Below are positions 1 to 7,903 of a stretch of DNA of 61,340 bases, piece by piece. Under the pieces are notes generated by a model. The model searched no databases. It was not told where the DNA came from and worked only from the letters and a program-made list of their open reading frames with translations. The stretch comes from an uncultured Candidatus Saccharibacteria bacterium. GTDB taxonomy: Bacteria > Patescibacteriota > UBA1384 > XYA2-FULL-43-10 > 1-14-0-10-43-13. The translations under genes and the position numbers were made by a program. The stretch covers positions 1 through 61,340 of the forward strand of contig CAZVMH010000006.1 of NCBI GenBank assembly GCA_964628585.1, given 5' to 3'. Positions within the stretch are counted from its first letter, which is position 1, and each line of letters begins with the position of its first letter.

Positions 1-54
1 CCGGCGACCTCCACAGTGACAGTGTGGCGTTCTAACCAACTGAACTACGACCCC
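1..54 (-). tRNA. tRNA-Asp(GTC), 3' end outside window
   Basis: Minus strand reads GGGGTCGTAGTTCAGTTGGTTAGAACGCCACA-CTGTCAC-TGTGGAGGTCGCCGG; anticodon stem CCACA/TGTGG with loop CT-GTC-AC. Confidence 0.93.
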
Positions 55-98
55 AATTGTGAACTATTTGGACTGTTTTTGATCTGATAAATAATCTT

Positions 99-332
99 TT
101 ATTCGTTTTTTATGTAACCGCGACCAAATCCTGTTTTCAATTGTTTCTCTCGGACCAAAGCGTCTTTTTTTGAGATGCATCCTTCAGTGTAAACCAGTTC
201 TAGCGTGCTATATTGTTTTGTGAAAAAAACTTGTTTTGATTTGTGTTCTGCTAATCGCTTGTTGATGTCGACGCAAAAACCAATATAACATTTGCCGGTG
301 TTTTTGTCTAACAAGACGTAATTGTAATACAT
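99..332 (-). CDS. Small GIY-YIG nuclease family protein
   Basis: MYYNYVLL...CYIGFCVDINKRLAEH...LELVYTE...DALVREKQLKTG; ATG at 332 after GGGGAG preferred over the track TTG at 347. Confidence 0.85.
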   Translation of the reverse strand: MYYNYVLLDKNTGKCYIGFCVDINKRLAEHKSKQVFFTKQYSTLELVYTEGCISKKDALVREKQLKTGFGRGYIKNE

Positions 333-395
333 TATGCTCCCCGCCAAAAGCCTTGCATTCAGGCGGGTCAGACTAAATGCGTAGCTTTTGTCTGA

Positions 396-417
396 TAACC
401 AACTGAACTACGAACCC
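396..417 (-). pseudogene. 5' fragment of tRNA-Asp
   Basis: GGGTTCGTAGTTCAGTTGGTTA matches 21/22 nt of the tRNA-Asp 5' end (54..33); contains the TAG stop of the upstream GIY-YIG gene. Confidence 0.8.
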
Positions 418-656
418 GTATTAAATTTTTCTTTTATCCATTTTCTGCCAGAGTGAGATTTTAAATATTTTTCTCTTTCTAATGCTGCTACTCTAGTGGA
501 AAAATTTTCAAAATAAGCTATCTTCCATGGTTTGTATCGGCTGGTCCACTTAACCTTGCCGAGATTGTGATAAGACAATCTTGTTTGTAGATCAGATGTC
601 TGGCCGACGTAAATATGATCAGAATTCTCACTTTTTAAAATATATATGAAATACAT
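408..656 (-). CDS. Small GIY-YIG nuclease family protein
   Basis: MYFIYILKS...YVGQTSDLQTRLSYHN...RYKPWKIAYFENF...ALEREKYLKS; likely start at 656, the extension to 884 in the track is read-through of non-coding sequence. Confidence 0.88.
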   Translation of the reverse strand: MYFIYILKSENSDHIYVGQTSDLQTRLSYHNLGKVKWTSRYKPWKIAYFENFSTRVAALEREKYLKSHSGRKWIKEKFNTGS

Positions 657-670
657 TTTAAATAACAGGT

Positions 671-730
671 GTTCTAACCAATCCGTCAGACCTCGGCTCG
701 GTCTGCCGAGACGGGCTGAACTACGACCCC
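671..730 (-). pseudogene. 5' fragment of tRNA-Asp with 34-nt hairpin inserted in the D-loop
   Basis: GGGGTCGTAGTTCAG (730-716) + 34-nt insert (715-682) + TTGGTTAGAAC (681-671); the 26 tRNA nucleotides are identical to 54..29. Confidence 0.82.
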
Positions 731-777
731 GCAATAGACAAACTATAGCAAAATATGGATATTTTTTCAATAACGAA

Positions 778-815
778 AAACGGCGTGTTTCCCCCGAAAA
801 GGAAACACGCCGTTT
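778..815 (-). terminator. Intrinsic terminator
   Basis: 15-bp stem AAACGGCGTGTTTCC/GGAAACACGCCGTTT with T-run on the minus strand, downstream of 865..1056. Confidence 0.7.
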
Positions 816-864
816 GGTTGTTTGGGCTCCGGCGCCCAACACGAGGGGCAGGAGCCAGTTTGGA

Positions 865-1056
865 CTACCGATGCGAAACCGCACTGACTAGCCCAAAGGT
901 GGACACACTGGCCATCAGAATGAGGCCAGCAAAGACCGCCGTCATGGCGGTTATCCCGCTCGTAGGAAGAGCGGGACAATTGTTTAATACAGAGGGCCAC
1001 ACGAGCGTGAGCCCTCCAAAAAGCAAACTTAATACTGCGAAAATCACAAGCAACAC
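865..1056 (-). CDS. Small membrane protein (two hydrophobic helices)
   Basis: AAAGGAGG upstream, hydrophobic 63-aa ORF, followed by a terminator; exact start codon uncertain. Confidence 0.5.
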   Translation of the reverse strand: MLLVIFAVLSLLFGGLTLVWPSVLNNCPALPTSGITAMTAVFAGLILMASVSTFGLVSAVSHR

Positions 1057-1193
1057 CTCCTTTCACAGTATTTTTATATTATAGCATACTTAAGCGTAAA
1101 AGTCAAGTATGGCGTTGTTTTTGAGATCAGAATTTGGTAGTCTAAAAGTTGTATTAGCGGGTATCGTATAGCATATACGTCCCTCACCTATAT

Positions 1194-1267
1194 GCGGGAT
1201 TAGTTTAGTGGCAGAATGTGACCTTCCCAAGGTTAAGGCGCCAGTTCGATTCTGGTATCCCGCTCCA
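1194..1267 (+). tRNA. tRNA-Gly(CCC)
   Basis: GCGGGAT/ATCCCGC acceptor stem, loop TT-CCC-AA, GTTCGATTC T-loop, CCA end. Confidence 0.95.
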
Positions 1268-1280
1268 AGATAATTAATTA

Positions 1281-1356
1281 GCCAACGTAGCTCAGCTGAT
1301 AGAGCAATGCTTTCGTAAAGCAGAGGTCGCGGGTTTGAATCCCGCCGTTGGCTCCA
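1281..1356 (+). tRNA. tRNA-Thr(CGT)
   Basis: GCCAACG/CGTTGGC acceptor stem, loop TT-CGT-AA, CCA end. Confidence 0.93.
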
Positions 1357-1360
1357 GATT

Positions 1361-1621
1361 ATGGTTACCACGTATTTGCTAAAAAGTGAATTAGACGATT
1401 CCTATTATGTTGGTATCACATCGGATATAAACAAAAGAGTTGGCGAGCATAATTCGGGGAAATCAAGGTCGACTGCACGAAAAAGGCCATGGAGACTCGT
1501 CTTTATGAGAGATCATGAAGATTATCTGGAAGCTCGTAAGCATGAGAAGTGGCTGAAAAAGAAAAATCGCGATTATAAGGATAAATTAGCTCAGCTTGCC
1601 CCGCCTGGCGGGGTGAAGTAG
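1361..1621 (+). CDS. Small GIY-YIG nuclease family protein
   Basis: TYLLKS...YYVGITSDINKRVGEHNSG...RKRPWRLVF...EARKHEKWLK; starts 4 nt after the tRNA-Thr CCA. Confidence 0.88.
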   Translation: MVTTYLLKSELDDSYYVGITSDINKRVGEHNSGKSRSTARKRPWRLVFMRDHEDYLEARKHEKWLKKKNRDYKDKLAQLAPPGGVK

Positions 1622-1700
1622 AGCAATTCTTTCGTAAAGTTTACCCCGCCCGTACGGGTCGGGGTGAAGGTCGCCAGTTCAAATCTGGCTATCGGCTCCA
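1587..1700 (+). pseudogene. Degenerate tRNA-Thr(CGT) copy with two palindromic insertions and no 5' acceptor strand
   Basis: TAGCTCAGCT-[CCCCGCCTGGCGGGG]-TAGAGCAATTCTTTCGTAAAG-[CCCCGCCCGTACGGGTCGGGG]-AAGGTCGCCAGTTCAAATCTGGCTATCGGCTCCA. Confidence 0.8.
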
Positions 1701-1760
1701 ATTGTTAGATATCAGTTAGACAGATAACAGATAACAGTTTTTAGTGATATAATAATTGTA

Positions 1761-2090
1761 ATGAAAAAATCGCCGATAAATCTCAAAAAAGTTTTGATTG
1801 ATGACAGAATAAATTTGGTATTCACAATATTTTCAATAATTATTTATTTAATCGTTTTCTTAATCTGGCATTTTTCATTACGTTATAAAAATATGTATAT
1901 TTATTCGACAAGTGGCATTTATCCGGTGCGTTATCTTACAATTATTTTGCCACTGAACTATTTTCTTGGTATAATTTCATACAGGAAAGAAAAAGAAATC
2001 TCATATCTTTTGTTTGGGGCTGGTCTATTTATTGCGCTACTTTTGTTAATTCTGGAGATCTTTTATCTTATAAATTTAAACTATGTCTAA
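1761..2090 (+). CDS. Small multi-pass membrane protein
   Basis: 109 aa with three hydrophobic segments; overlaps the next gene. Confidence 0.7.
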   Translation: MKKSPINLKKVLIDDRINLVFTIFSIIIYLIVFLIWHFSLRYKNMYIYSTSGIYPVRYLTIILPLNYFLGIISYRKEKEISYLLFGAGLFIALLLLILEIFYLINLNYV

Positions 2091-3600
2091 TACATGGCGC
2101 TATAAAAGGTTGTTCGAAATTCTACCCGGACTAATTGTTTGGATCGTCTTGTTATTCCCCTTGTCTTTGGCTATTTGGGCACCGGGTGCTCTGGCAATCT
2201 TTATGATATTTTTCCTCTCCTATTGGCTAGTTCGGACATTTTTTATGTCTGCCCATTTGGTTCAAGGATATTTTTATTATAAGGCGGAAACTAGCATCGA
2301 TTGGCTTTTGCGTCTAAAAGAATTAGCTCCAAAAGATGATTGGAAAGATATCTATCATTTAATTATTGTGCCGGAATATAAAGAACCAATTGAAATTTTG
2401 CGCAATTCGGTTGAATCAGTTTTAAAATCGGATTATCCAACAAATAATCTAATCTATGTTTTAGCAACAGAAGAGCGAGACAGAGAAGGAGCAATGAAGG
2501 CGGCTGAGGATTTAGGAAAAGAGTTTGGCAAAAAGATTGATTTTCATCATATTATGCATCCGGTTGGTTTGCCACAGGACAAAATCTTGGGAAAGGGCCC
2601 CAATATTACTTTTGCTGGCAAAGAGATTCTTAAATATATTGAAAGAAAAAAAATCCCTTTAGAGAATGTAATTGTGACTAATATGGATGCAGATCATGTA
2701 ATGGATAAAAAATATCTAGCTTGTCTTACCTATAAATATATTACTGATCCAGATCCACTACACAAAAGTTTTCAACCAATCCCAATGTTTTTCAACAATA
2801 TCTGGGATGTGCCAATGCTAACCCGCTTGATTGCAATGGGTTCTTCTTTCTGGCAACTGATTGTAAATACTAGGCCAACTCGTTTGCGAAATTTTTCTGC
2901 TCAAGCACAGAGTCTTGAGGCGCTTAAGGAAGTCAATTTTTGGTCAACAGAAACAATTGTTGAAGATGGCCATCAATTTTGGCGTACCTACTATCACTAT
3001 AACGGTTGTCATGAGGTAGTGCCTCTTTACACCCCAATTTATCAAGATGCCGTGCTTGGTGATAATTTTATCGAAACAATTAAAGAACAATACTTACAAA
3101 AAAGACGATGGTCTTGGGGTGTTTCCGATATTGCCTTTGTAATGGAGAGAACAATCGGCAATGAAGAAATCCCCTTTATTGATCGGTGGTCAAATGCTCT
3201 AATTCTTTGGGAGTCGCACATCTCTTGGTCAACTACTTCATTGATTTTAGCCACTTCTTCTTGGTTACCACTTGCATTAAATCCAGCTTTTAGAAATACA
3301 GTGCTTGCTTTTAATTTTCCACATGTTTATGCCTGGTTAGTCTCCCTTGCTTGGCTCGGCATGATCACAACTCTTGTGATCTCGACGCTATTGCTTCCTC
3401 CTCACAAGGGTAAAACTCCTGTAAAAAGAATAATTTTAGACTGGATCCTTACACCATTCGTTTTGCCAATATCTAACATATTGTTTTCCTCAATACCAGC
3501 TTTAGTTTCACAGACAAAGCTTATGTTCAATCAACAAATGGGAGTTTTCAGGGTAACTAAAAAATCTACCAAGCGTTCTTTTTTATCAACGGAGGAGTAA
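2083..3600 (+). CDS. Membrane glycosyltransferase family 2 (processive type)
   Basis: IIVPEYKEP, MDADH (DxD), VEDG and QKRRW (QxxRW) motifs flanked by TM helices. Confidence 0.85.
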   Translation: MSNTWRYKRLFEILPGLIVWIVLLFPLSLAIWAPGALAIFMIFFLSYWLVRTFFMSAHLVQGYFYYKAETSIDWLLRLKELAPKDDWKDIYHLIIVPEYKEPIEILRNSVESVLKSDYPTNNLIYVLATEERDREGAMKAAEDLGKEFGKKIDFHHIMHPVGLPQDKILGKGPNITFAGKEILKYIERKKIPLENVIVTNMDADHVMDKKYLACLTYKYITDPDPLHKSFQPIPMFFNNIWDVPMLTRLIAMGSSFWQLIVNTRPTRLRNFSAQAQSLEALKEVNFWSTETIVEDGHQFWRTYYHYNGCHEVVPLYTPIYQDAVLGDNFIETIKEQYLQKRRWSWGVSDIAFVMERTIGNEEIPFIDRWSNALILWESHISWSTTSLILATSSWLPLALNPAFRNTVLAFNFPHVYAWLVSLAWLGMITTLVISTLLLPPHKGKTPVKRIILDWILTPFVLPISNILFSSIPALVSQTKLMFNQQMGVFRVTKKSTKRSFLSTEE

Positions 3601-5424
3601 ATGTATAAGAATTTTTTTATTAGGAACAAAACAAAACTTCTGGTCTTCGCCATTTTACTTTTTATGTTTTTAGTTGCCCTATTTTCTTCAAAGGGTGCTT
3701 TTGGCATACCAGGAGACTCCGGTACAACCGATGAAGTGGCTCACATACCTTCTGGCTATGCTTACGATAAATATCAAGATTACAGACTAAACCCAGAACA
3801 TCCGCCATTGGCTAAAGCTTTGGCAGGCCTTCCCCTTGTTTTACAGAAAAACATCAAAGGGCCAGAGGCCGATTGGAGTTGGAATGGTATAAATCAATGG
3901 GAGGCGGGTTGGTACACCATATATGAATCAGGAAATAATCCAGCTGATGTTTTGTTCTGGGCTCGTTTGCCCATGATGCTTTTGATGATAGTGCTTGGTC
4001 TATTTATTTTTAAGTGGGCTAAAGAGCTATATGGCGATAAAGTCGCACTATTAGTTTTACTTCTATACGCTTTCTACCCAGACGTGATTGCACATGGACG
4101 TCTAGTCACGACTGATATTGCGGCAGCCCTGGGTTTTGTTATCACAATTTACTTTTTTGATCGAGCACTCATTAATCAAACAAAAATTGATACTTTCTGG
4201 GCAGCTGTTGCTTTTGCTCTGGCTCAATCACTTAAGTTTTCTGCTTTTTTACTTTTCTTCGTACTTCTTATGATGATCATTATCAAAGCAATTTTGGAGA
4301 AATCAAAAGAAACAAAATTTTGGAAAACATTTTGGCCATACTTTAGAATTTATTTTTGGACCTGTTTTATCTCGGTTTTTCTAGTATGGCTTATATATAT
4401 TCCGTTTAGTTATAATACTCCACCTGAAATTGAACATAAAGTTATAGAAATGAATCTAACCACGGATCCAGCTACTTTACCGCTACGAAATTTCTTGCAT
4501 ATGTTTGAAAATAATCCAATCACCTTGGCACTCGGCCATTATCTATTGGGAGTTATATTGGTGGTAGCTAGGGTGGCGGGGGGTAATGCCACCTTTATCA
4601 TGGGACATCTTTCAGATAAATCAATTCCTTGGTATTTTCCGGTTGCTTGGCTGCTAAAGACACCGATTTCAATCATTGTTCTCTTCTTGTCATCGGTGGT
4701 CTACTTTATCTTTAAGAAGAAAAAAGACAAAAAAGATGCTTGGATTGCTAGTTTGATATTTTTACCTTTTTTGGTTTATTGGGGCTTCACTCTAAAAGGC
4801 TCGCTTAATATTGGAATTCGTCATTTAATGCCAACGGTACCATTTGTTCTTCTCGCGATCGGATATCTATTTAAACCGATATTTGATTCTAAAAAAATTA
4901 CTTTTCTAAAATCAGCTTCAGTAATTCTCATACTTTATATGATAATATCAGTGATGTCATACTATCCATCTTTTATTGGATATTTTAATGAATCAGTTCC
5001 AAGGAATGAGAGACATAAATATTTAATAGACTCTTCGCTAGATTGGGGGCAAGATCTTTTGAGGCTCAAAAAATATGTTAACGACAATAATATAAAAAAT
5101 ATTAAAGTTGATTATTTTGGCGGGTCACAACCAAATTATTATCTACCAGAATCAACACAATGGCGCAGTTCGTACGGACCAACAACAGGTTGGATTGCAG
5201 TTTCAGCTACTTTCTATCAGTCATCAAAATTATATGGTCCAATTGAAAATAAATGGTCGTATGAGTGGCTAGATAATATTAAACCAACAGCTATTATTGG
5301 CGGATCGATATTGGTCTACAACATTCCAGCTGATTATTTTATAAAAAATCCTCCAAAGGCGTCATATGAAATTAAAACAATCGAAAAACCAAAACCGATT
5401 GAAATTAGAAAGGTAGAATTATAA
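3601..5424 (+). CDS. GT-C fold membrane glycosyltransferase (PMT/ArnT-like)
   Basis: TTDEVAH, NPEHPPL, HGRLVTTD, K/FS motif, GIRHLMP and DSSLDWGQD; many TM helices. Confidence 0.82.
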   Translation: MYKNFFIRNKTKLLVFAILLFMFLVALFSSKGAFGIPGDSGTTDEVAHIPSGYAYDKYQDYRLNPEHPPLAKALAGLPLVLQKNIKGPEADWSWNGINQWEAGWYTIYESGNNPADVLFWARLPMMLLMIVLGLFIFKWAKELYGDKVALLVLLLYAFYPDVIAHGRLVTTDIAAALGFVITIYFFDRALINQTKIDTFWAAVAFALAQSLKFSAFLLFFVLLMMIIIKAILEKSKETKFWKTFWPYFRIYFWTCFISVFLVWLIYIPFSYNTPPEIEHKVIEMNLTTDPATLPLRNFLHMFENNPITLALGHYLLGVILVVARVAGGNATFIMGHLSDKSIPWYFPVAWLLKTPISIIVLFLSSVVYFIFKKKKDKKDAWIASLIFLPFLVYWGFTLKGSLNIGIRHLMPTVPFVLLAIGYLFKPIFDSKKITFLKSASVILILYMIISVMSYYPSFIGYFNESVPRNERHKYLIDSSLDWGQDLLRLKKYVNDNNIKNIKVDYFGGSQPNYYLPESTQWRSSYGPTTGWIAVSATFYQSSKLYGPIENKWSYEWLDNIKPTAIIGGSILVYNIPADYFIKNPPKASYEIKTIEKPKPIEIRKVEL

Positions 5425-6152
5425 TGCCAAAAGATTATTATGTTTCAATTGTAGTGCCTTGCTACAAAGAAGAAAAGCGGCTTTCCAAAATTTTTGAGGC
5501 AATTAAGGAATATAAAAAAGCGCATGATTTTACGATTGAAACAATTATTGTTATCGATGGTTCACCCGACAAAACGGCCGAAGTGGCCAAAGAACAGGCA
5601 AAAGGAATGACCGATGTTAAAATAATTGATCGAAAAGAAAACAGGGGAAAAGGATATACAGTAAAAGAAGGAGTAGAAAATGCTACGGGTCAATACATCC
5701 TTTTTACCGATGCAGACAATTCAACACCGCTTGAACAGCTTGATAAATTACTAAAATATATTGAAATTTATCCTGTCGCAATTGGTTCTCGCTATTGTGA
5801 TGGTGGAAAGTTGGCTCATCCACAACCTTTGCAGCGAATAATTGGCGGAAGAGTATTGAATGCCATAATTCAACTTTTAGCAGTTCGAGGGATTAAGGAC
5901 ACTCAATGTGGTTTTAAGCTTTTTGAAAAGAAAGCAGGAAAAGAGATTTTCAAAAGAGCGACTTTCGAAAGATTTTCTTTTGACATTGAGATTTTAGCTA
6001 TCGCTCGTAAATTGGGTTATAAGGTTAAAGAGGTTGGTATAACCTGGTACGACGACCCTCATTCAACAGTTGACCCTATAAAAGATGGTTTGCGGATGAT
6101 AAAAGACTCTTGGATGGTTAGAAAAAATATTACTCAAAAAAAATATAAATAA
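5424..6152 (+). CDS. Polyprenol-phosphate glycosyltransferase (DPG/DPM synthase-like GT2)
   Basis: SIVVPCYKE, IDGSPD, NRGKG, FTDAD, DTQCGFKLF, FSFDIEIL. Confidence 0.88.
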   Translation: MPKDYYVSIVVPCYKEEKRLSKIFEAIKEYKKAHDFTIETIIVIDGSPDKTAEVAKEQAKGMTDVKIIDRKENRGKGYTVKEGVENATGQYILFTDADNSTPLEQLDKLLKYIEIYPVAIGSRYCDGGKLAHPQPLQRIIGGRVLNAIIQLLAVRGIKDTQCGFKLFEKKAGKEIFKRATFERFSFDIEILAIARKLGYKVKEVGITWYDDPHSTVDPIKDGLRMIKDSWMVRKNITQKKYK

Positions 6153-6156
6153 TTTG

Positions 6157-6194
6157 AACTAAAAAACGACTATTTCAATAGTCGTTTTTTAGTT
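6157..6194. terminator. Bidirectional terminator-like hairpin
   Basis: 18-bp perfect inverted repeat AACTAAAAAACGACTATT/AATAGTCGTTTTTTAGTT between convergent units. Confidence 0.75.
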
Positions 6195-6213
6195 TACATT
6201 GAACAAAGTGAAA

Positions 6214-6231
6214 TGGAGCGGGTAAGGGGAG
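6214..6231 (-). repeat. 18-bp duplication of the tRNA-Gly(TCC) 3' end
   Basis: TGGAGCGGGTAAGGGGAG is identical to 6388..6405. Confidence 0.85.
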
Positions 6232-6387
6232 GCGAACACGCTAATTTCTATATTTCGCTTATAGAAACCCACGGTTTCTATTCTTTTCCTCCAACGGGAA
6301 ACTACCGTTTCCCGACCCCTTCCCTGGTCCGACTCCCTTTTTTGTTTATTCCAAAATAAAGACACCACTTACGTGATGTTCTCATTT

Positions 6388-6462
6388 TGGAGCGGGTAAG
6401 GGGAGTCGGACCCCTGTCTCGAGTTTGGAAAACTCGCATAATAACCGTTATACTATACCCGC
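6388..6462 (-). tRNA. tRNA-Gly(TCC)
   Basis: GCGGGTA/TACCCGC acceptor stem, CGAGT-TTTCCAA-ACTCG anticodon arm, CCA end. Confidence 0.95.
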
Positions 6463-6466
6463 AATA

Positions 6467-6847
6467 TTAAATTAATATTTTTTTATTTTTTTTCAAACTC
6501 GTAATTTTTTTGAGAGAACATTCTTTGCATCTGTATTCTGGGTTTTCGTCTTCTGTCCTGTCATATCCGCCTGGTGCAACAACCAAGCGCCTTACAGAAT
6601 CTTTTTTGCCACAATCAGCGCAAACTCCTTTTTTCAAAATTTCCCATTTCTCGATTGCTTTGCTCTTGAAAATAAATCGATCAATCCAGAAAAAAATGCA
6701 TCCTCCGATTAAATTGGCAACAGTTGCAGCAACCCAGTCTTCTCTTGTTCCCATTATTGAAGGAGAATGTTTAAAAAATGCTACGGCAGGCGCCAGGATT
6801 AAGGTCGAAAGTTGCCACCTAATCAAATAAAGAATAAATTTCAGCAT
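6467..6847 (-). CDS. Hypothetical membrane protein with CxxC...CxxC motif
   Basis: N-terminal TM segments, CADC and CKEC; AAGGA RBS directly after the att repeat. Confidence 0.7.
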   Translation of the reverse strand: MLKFILYLIRWQLSTLILAPAVAFFKHSPSIMGTREDWVAATVANLIGGCIFFWIDRFIFKSKAIEKWEILKKGVCADCGKKDSVRRLVVAPGGYDRTEDENPEYRCKECSLKKITSLKKNKKILI

Positions 6848-6862
6848 TTGTTTCCTTTGGAG

Positions 6863-6870
6863 TGGTACCC
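6863..6870. repeat. Left att core TGGTACCC
   Basis: Identical to the last 8 nt of tRNA-Arg(TCT); followed by ATTCGAAC at 6884-6891, which echoes the T-loop. Confidence 0.75.
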
Positions 6871-6948
6871 TTGATGCACTTTCATTCGAACACCTTTTGG
6901 CCTGGTTGGACCAACTTAGGCGTGCATATAACCGAACCGAACCGAATA

Positions 6949-7161
6949 TTAAAGAATATCAAGAGACTTAATATGAAGAGCTTTCATTATGCTCTGTATT
7001 TTTGCGAGCGAAGGATTAATTTCTCCTCTTTCAATGCGAGCATAATAGCTAACATTGATACCCGCTTTCATGGCGATATCCGCTTGAGTCAAACCGGCTT
7101 TTTCCCGAATATTCTTCAGTTTTTCGCCAAACTGTTTTTGAGCTTTATCATTATTAACCAT
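6949..7161 (-). CDS. XRE-family HTH regulator
   Basis: FGEKLKNIREKAGLTQADIA...YYARIERGEINPSL; probable start 7161 (track start 7179). Confidence 0.9.
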   Translation of the reverse strand: MVNNDKAQKQFGEKLKNIREKAGLTQADIAMKAGINVSYYARIERGEINPSLAKIQSIMKALHIKSLDIL

Positions 7162-7222
7162 ATGTGGATAACATAGCAAATTTTATCAACAATTTCCAGC
7201 TTAATTTATAAAAAGGAGGAGT

Positions 7223-7903
7223 ATGGTTTCACAGACACATTCATTTAAAGAGCACTTAACAAGAAGACAGACGATCATTGATCAAGAGAAGTCGGCTGCG
7301 CAAAATGCAGAATTGTTCAATGAAAAAACTTTCTACCGCTCATTTATCAAGGATTTATTTGAAGCTAAGAGGGAGGTAATAATCTACAGCCCCTTTATCA
7401 CTAAACATAGAACCGACTTCTATAAAAATATTATTGAGAAATTAAGGAAAAGAAACATCGAGGTCTTTATTTTCACCCGGCCGATTGAAGAATACAGCTC
7501 GATATTGCAGCCACAGATCGAATGTGCACTTAAGCGATATGAAGAGATGGGAGTTTGTGTTTTTTATCTTGGAAAATATATTCATGAAAAGGCGGCGATC
7601 ATTGACCGTGAAATCCTATGGGAAGGGAGCTTGAACATCCTCGCTCATAGGGCAGGTAATGAAATGATGAGAAGAATACGAGATGAAGATTCTGCTATGC
7701 AGGTCATTTCTCATATCGGTTTAAACAAGAAGCTGGAGGAAGGATATAAACAAAGGTATGAAAAGTTATGCAGAAATTTGATCGACAATTCCAGGCGAAA
7801 TATTAAACAAAAAATCTGCCTTTTCGCTCTTGGGCTATCGATTCCCCTCCTTATCTGGTGGTTGATTTTCTTTTCAAAGACCGTGATTGGCTGGATTAAT
7901 TAA
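7223..7903 (+). CDS. Single-HKD phospholipase D/nuclease-domain protein with C-terminal TM helix
   Basis: IYSPFIT and HEKAAIID-REILWE-GSLN (HxK-x4-D-x6-GSxN); hydrophobic C-terminus. Confidence 0.82.
   Translation: MVSQTHSFKEHLTRRQTIIDQEKSAAQNAELFNEKTFYRSFIKDLFEAKREVIIYSPFITKHRTDFYKNIIEKLRKRNIEVFIFTRPIEEYSSILQPQIECALKRYEEMGVCVFYLGKYIHEKAAIIDREILWEGSLNILAHRAGNEMMRRIRDEDSAMQVISHIGLNKKLEEGYKQRYEKLCRNLIDNSRRNIKQKICLFALGLSIPLLIWWLIFFSKTVIGWIN

Noticed and set aside
657-884. N-terminal extension of the GIY-YIG ORF, plus ORFs 646..891, 755..1084 and 767..1066
   Set aside because: They translate through the pseudo-tRNA and terminator and have no protein-like signature.
1157-1171. GCGGGTATCGTATAG resembling a tRNA-Gly 5' end
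   Set aside because: Only about 14 nt with no downstream tRNA structure. It fits the fragment theme but is too short to support alone.
1090-1371. 93-aa minus-strand ORF
   Set aside because: It is the antisense translation of tRNA-Thr and tRNA-Gly.
1712-1740. Short CAGATAA tandem repeat
   Set aside because: Only 2-3 imperfect units; not an array or iteron set.
6862-7176. 104-aa plus-strand ORF at the att site
   Set aside because: Antisense to the XRE gene and in a different frame from the reconstructed recombinase tail.
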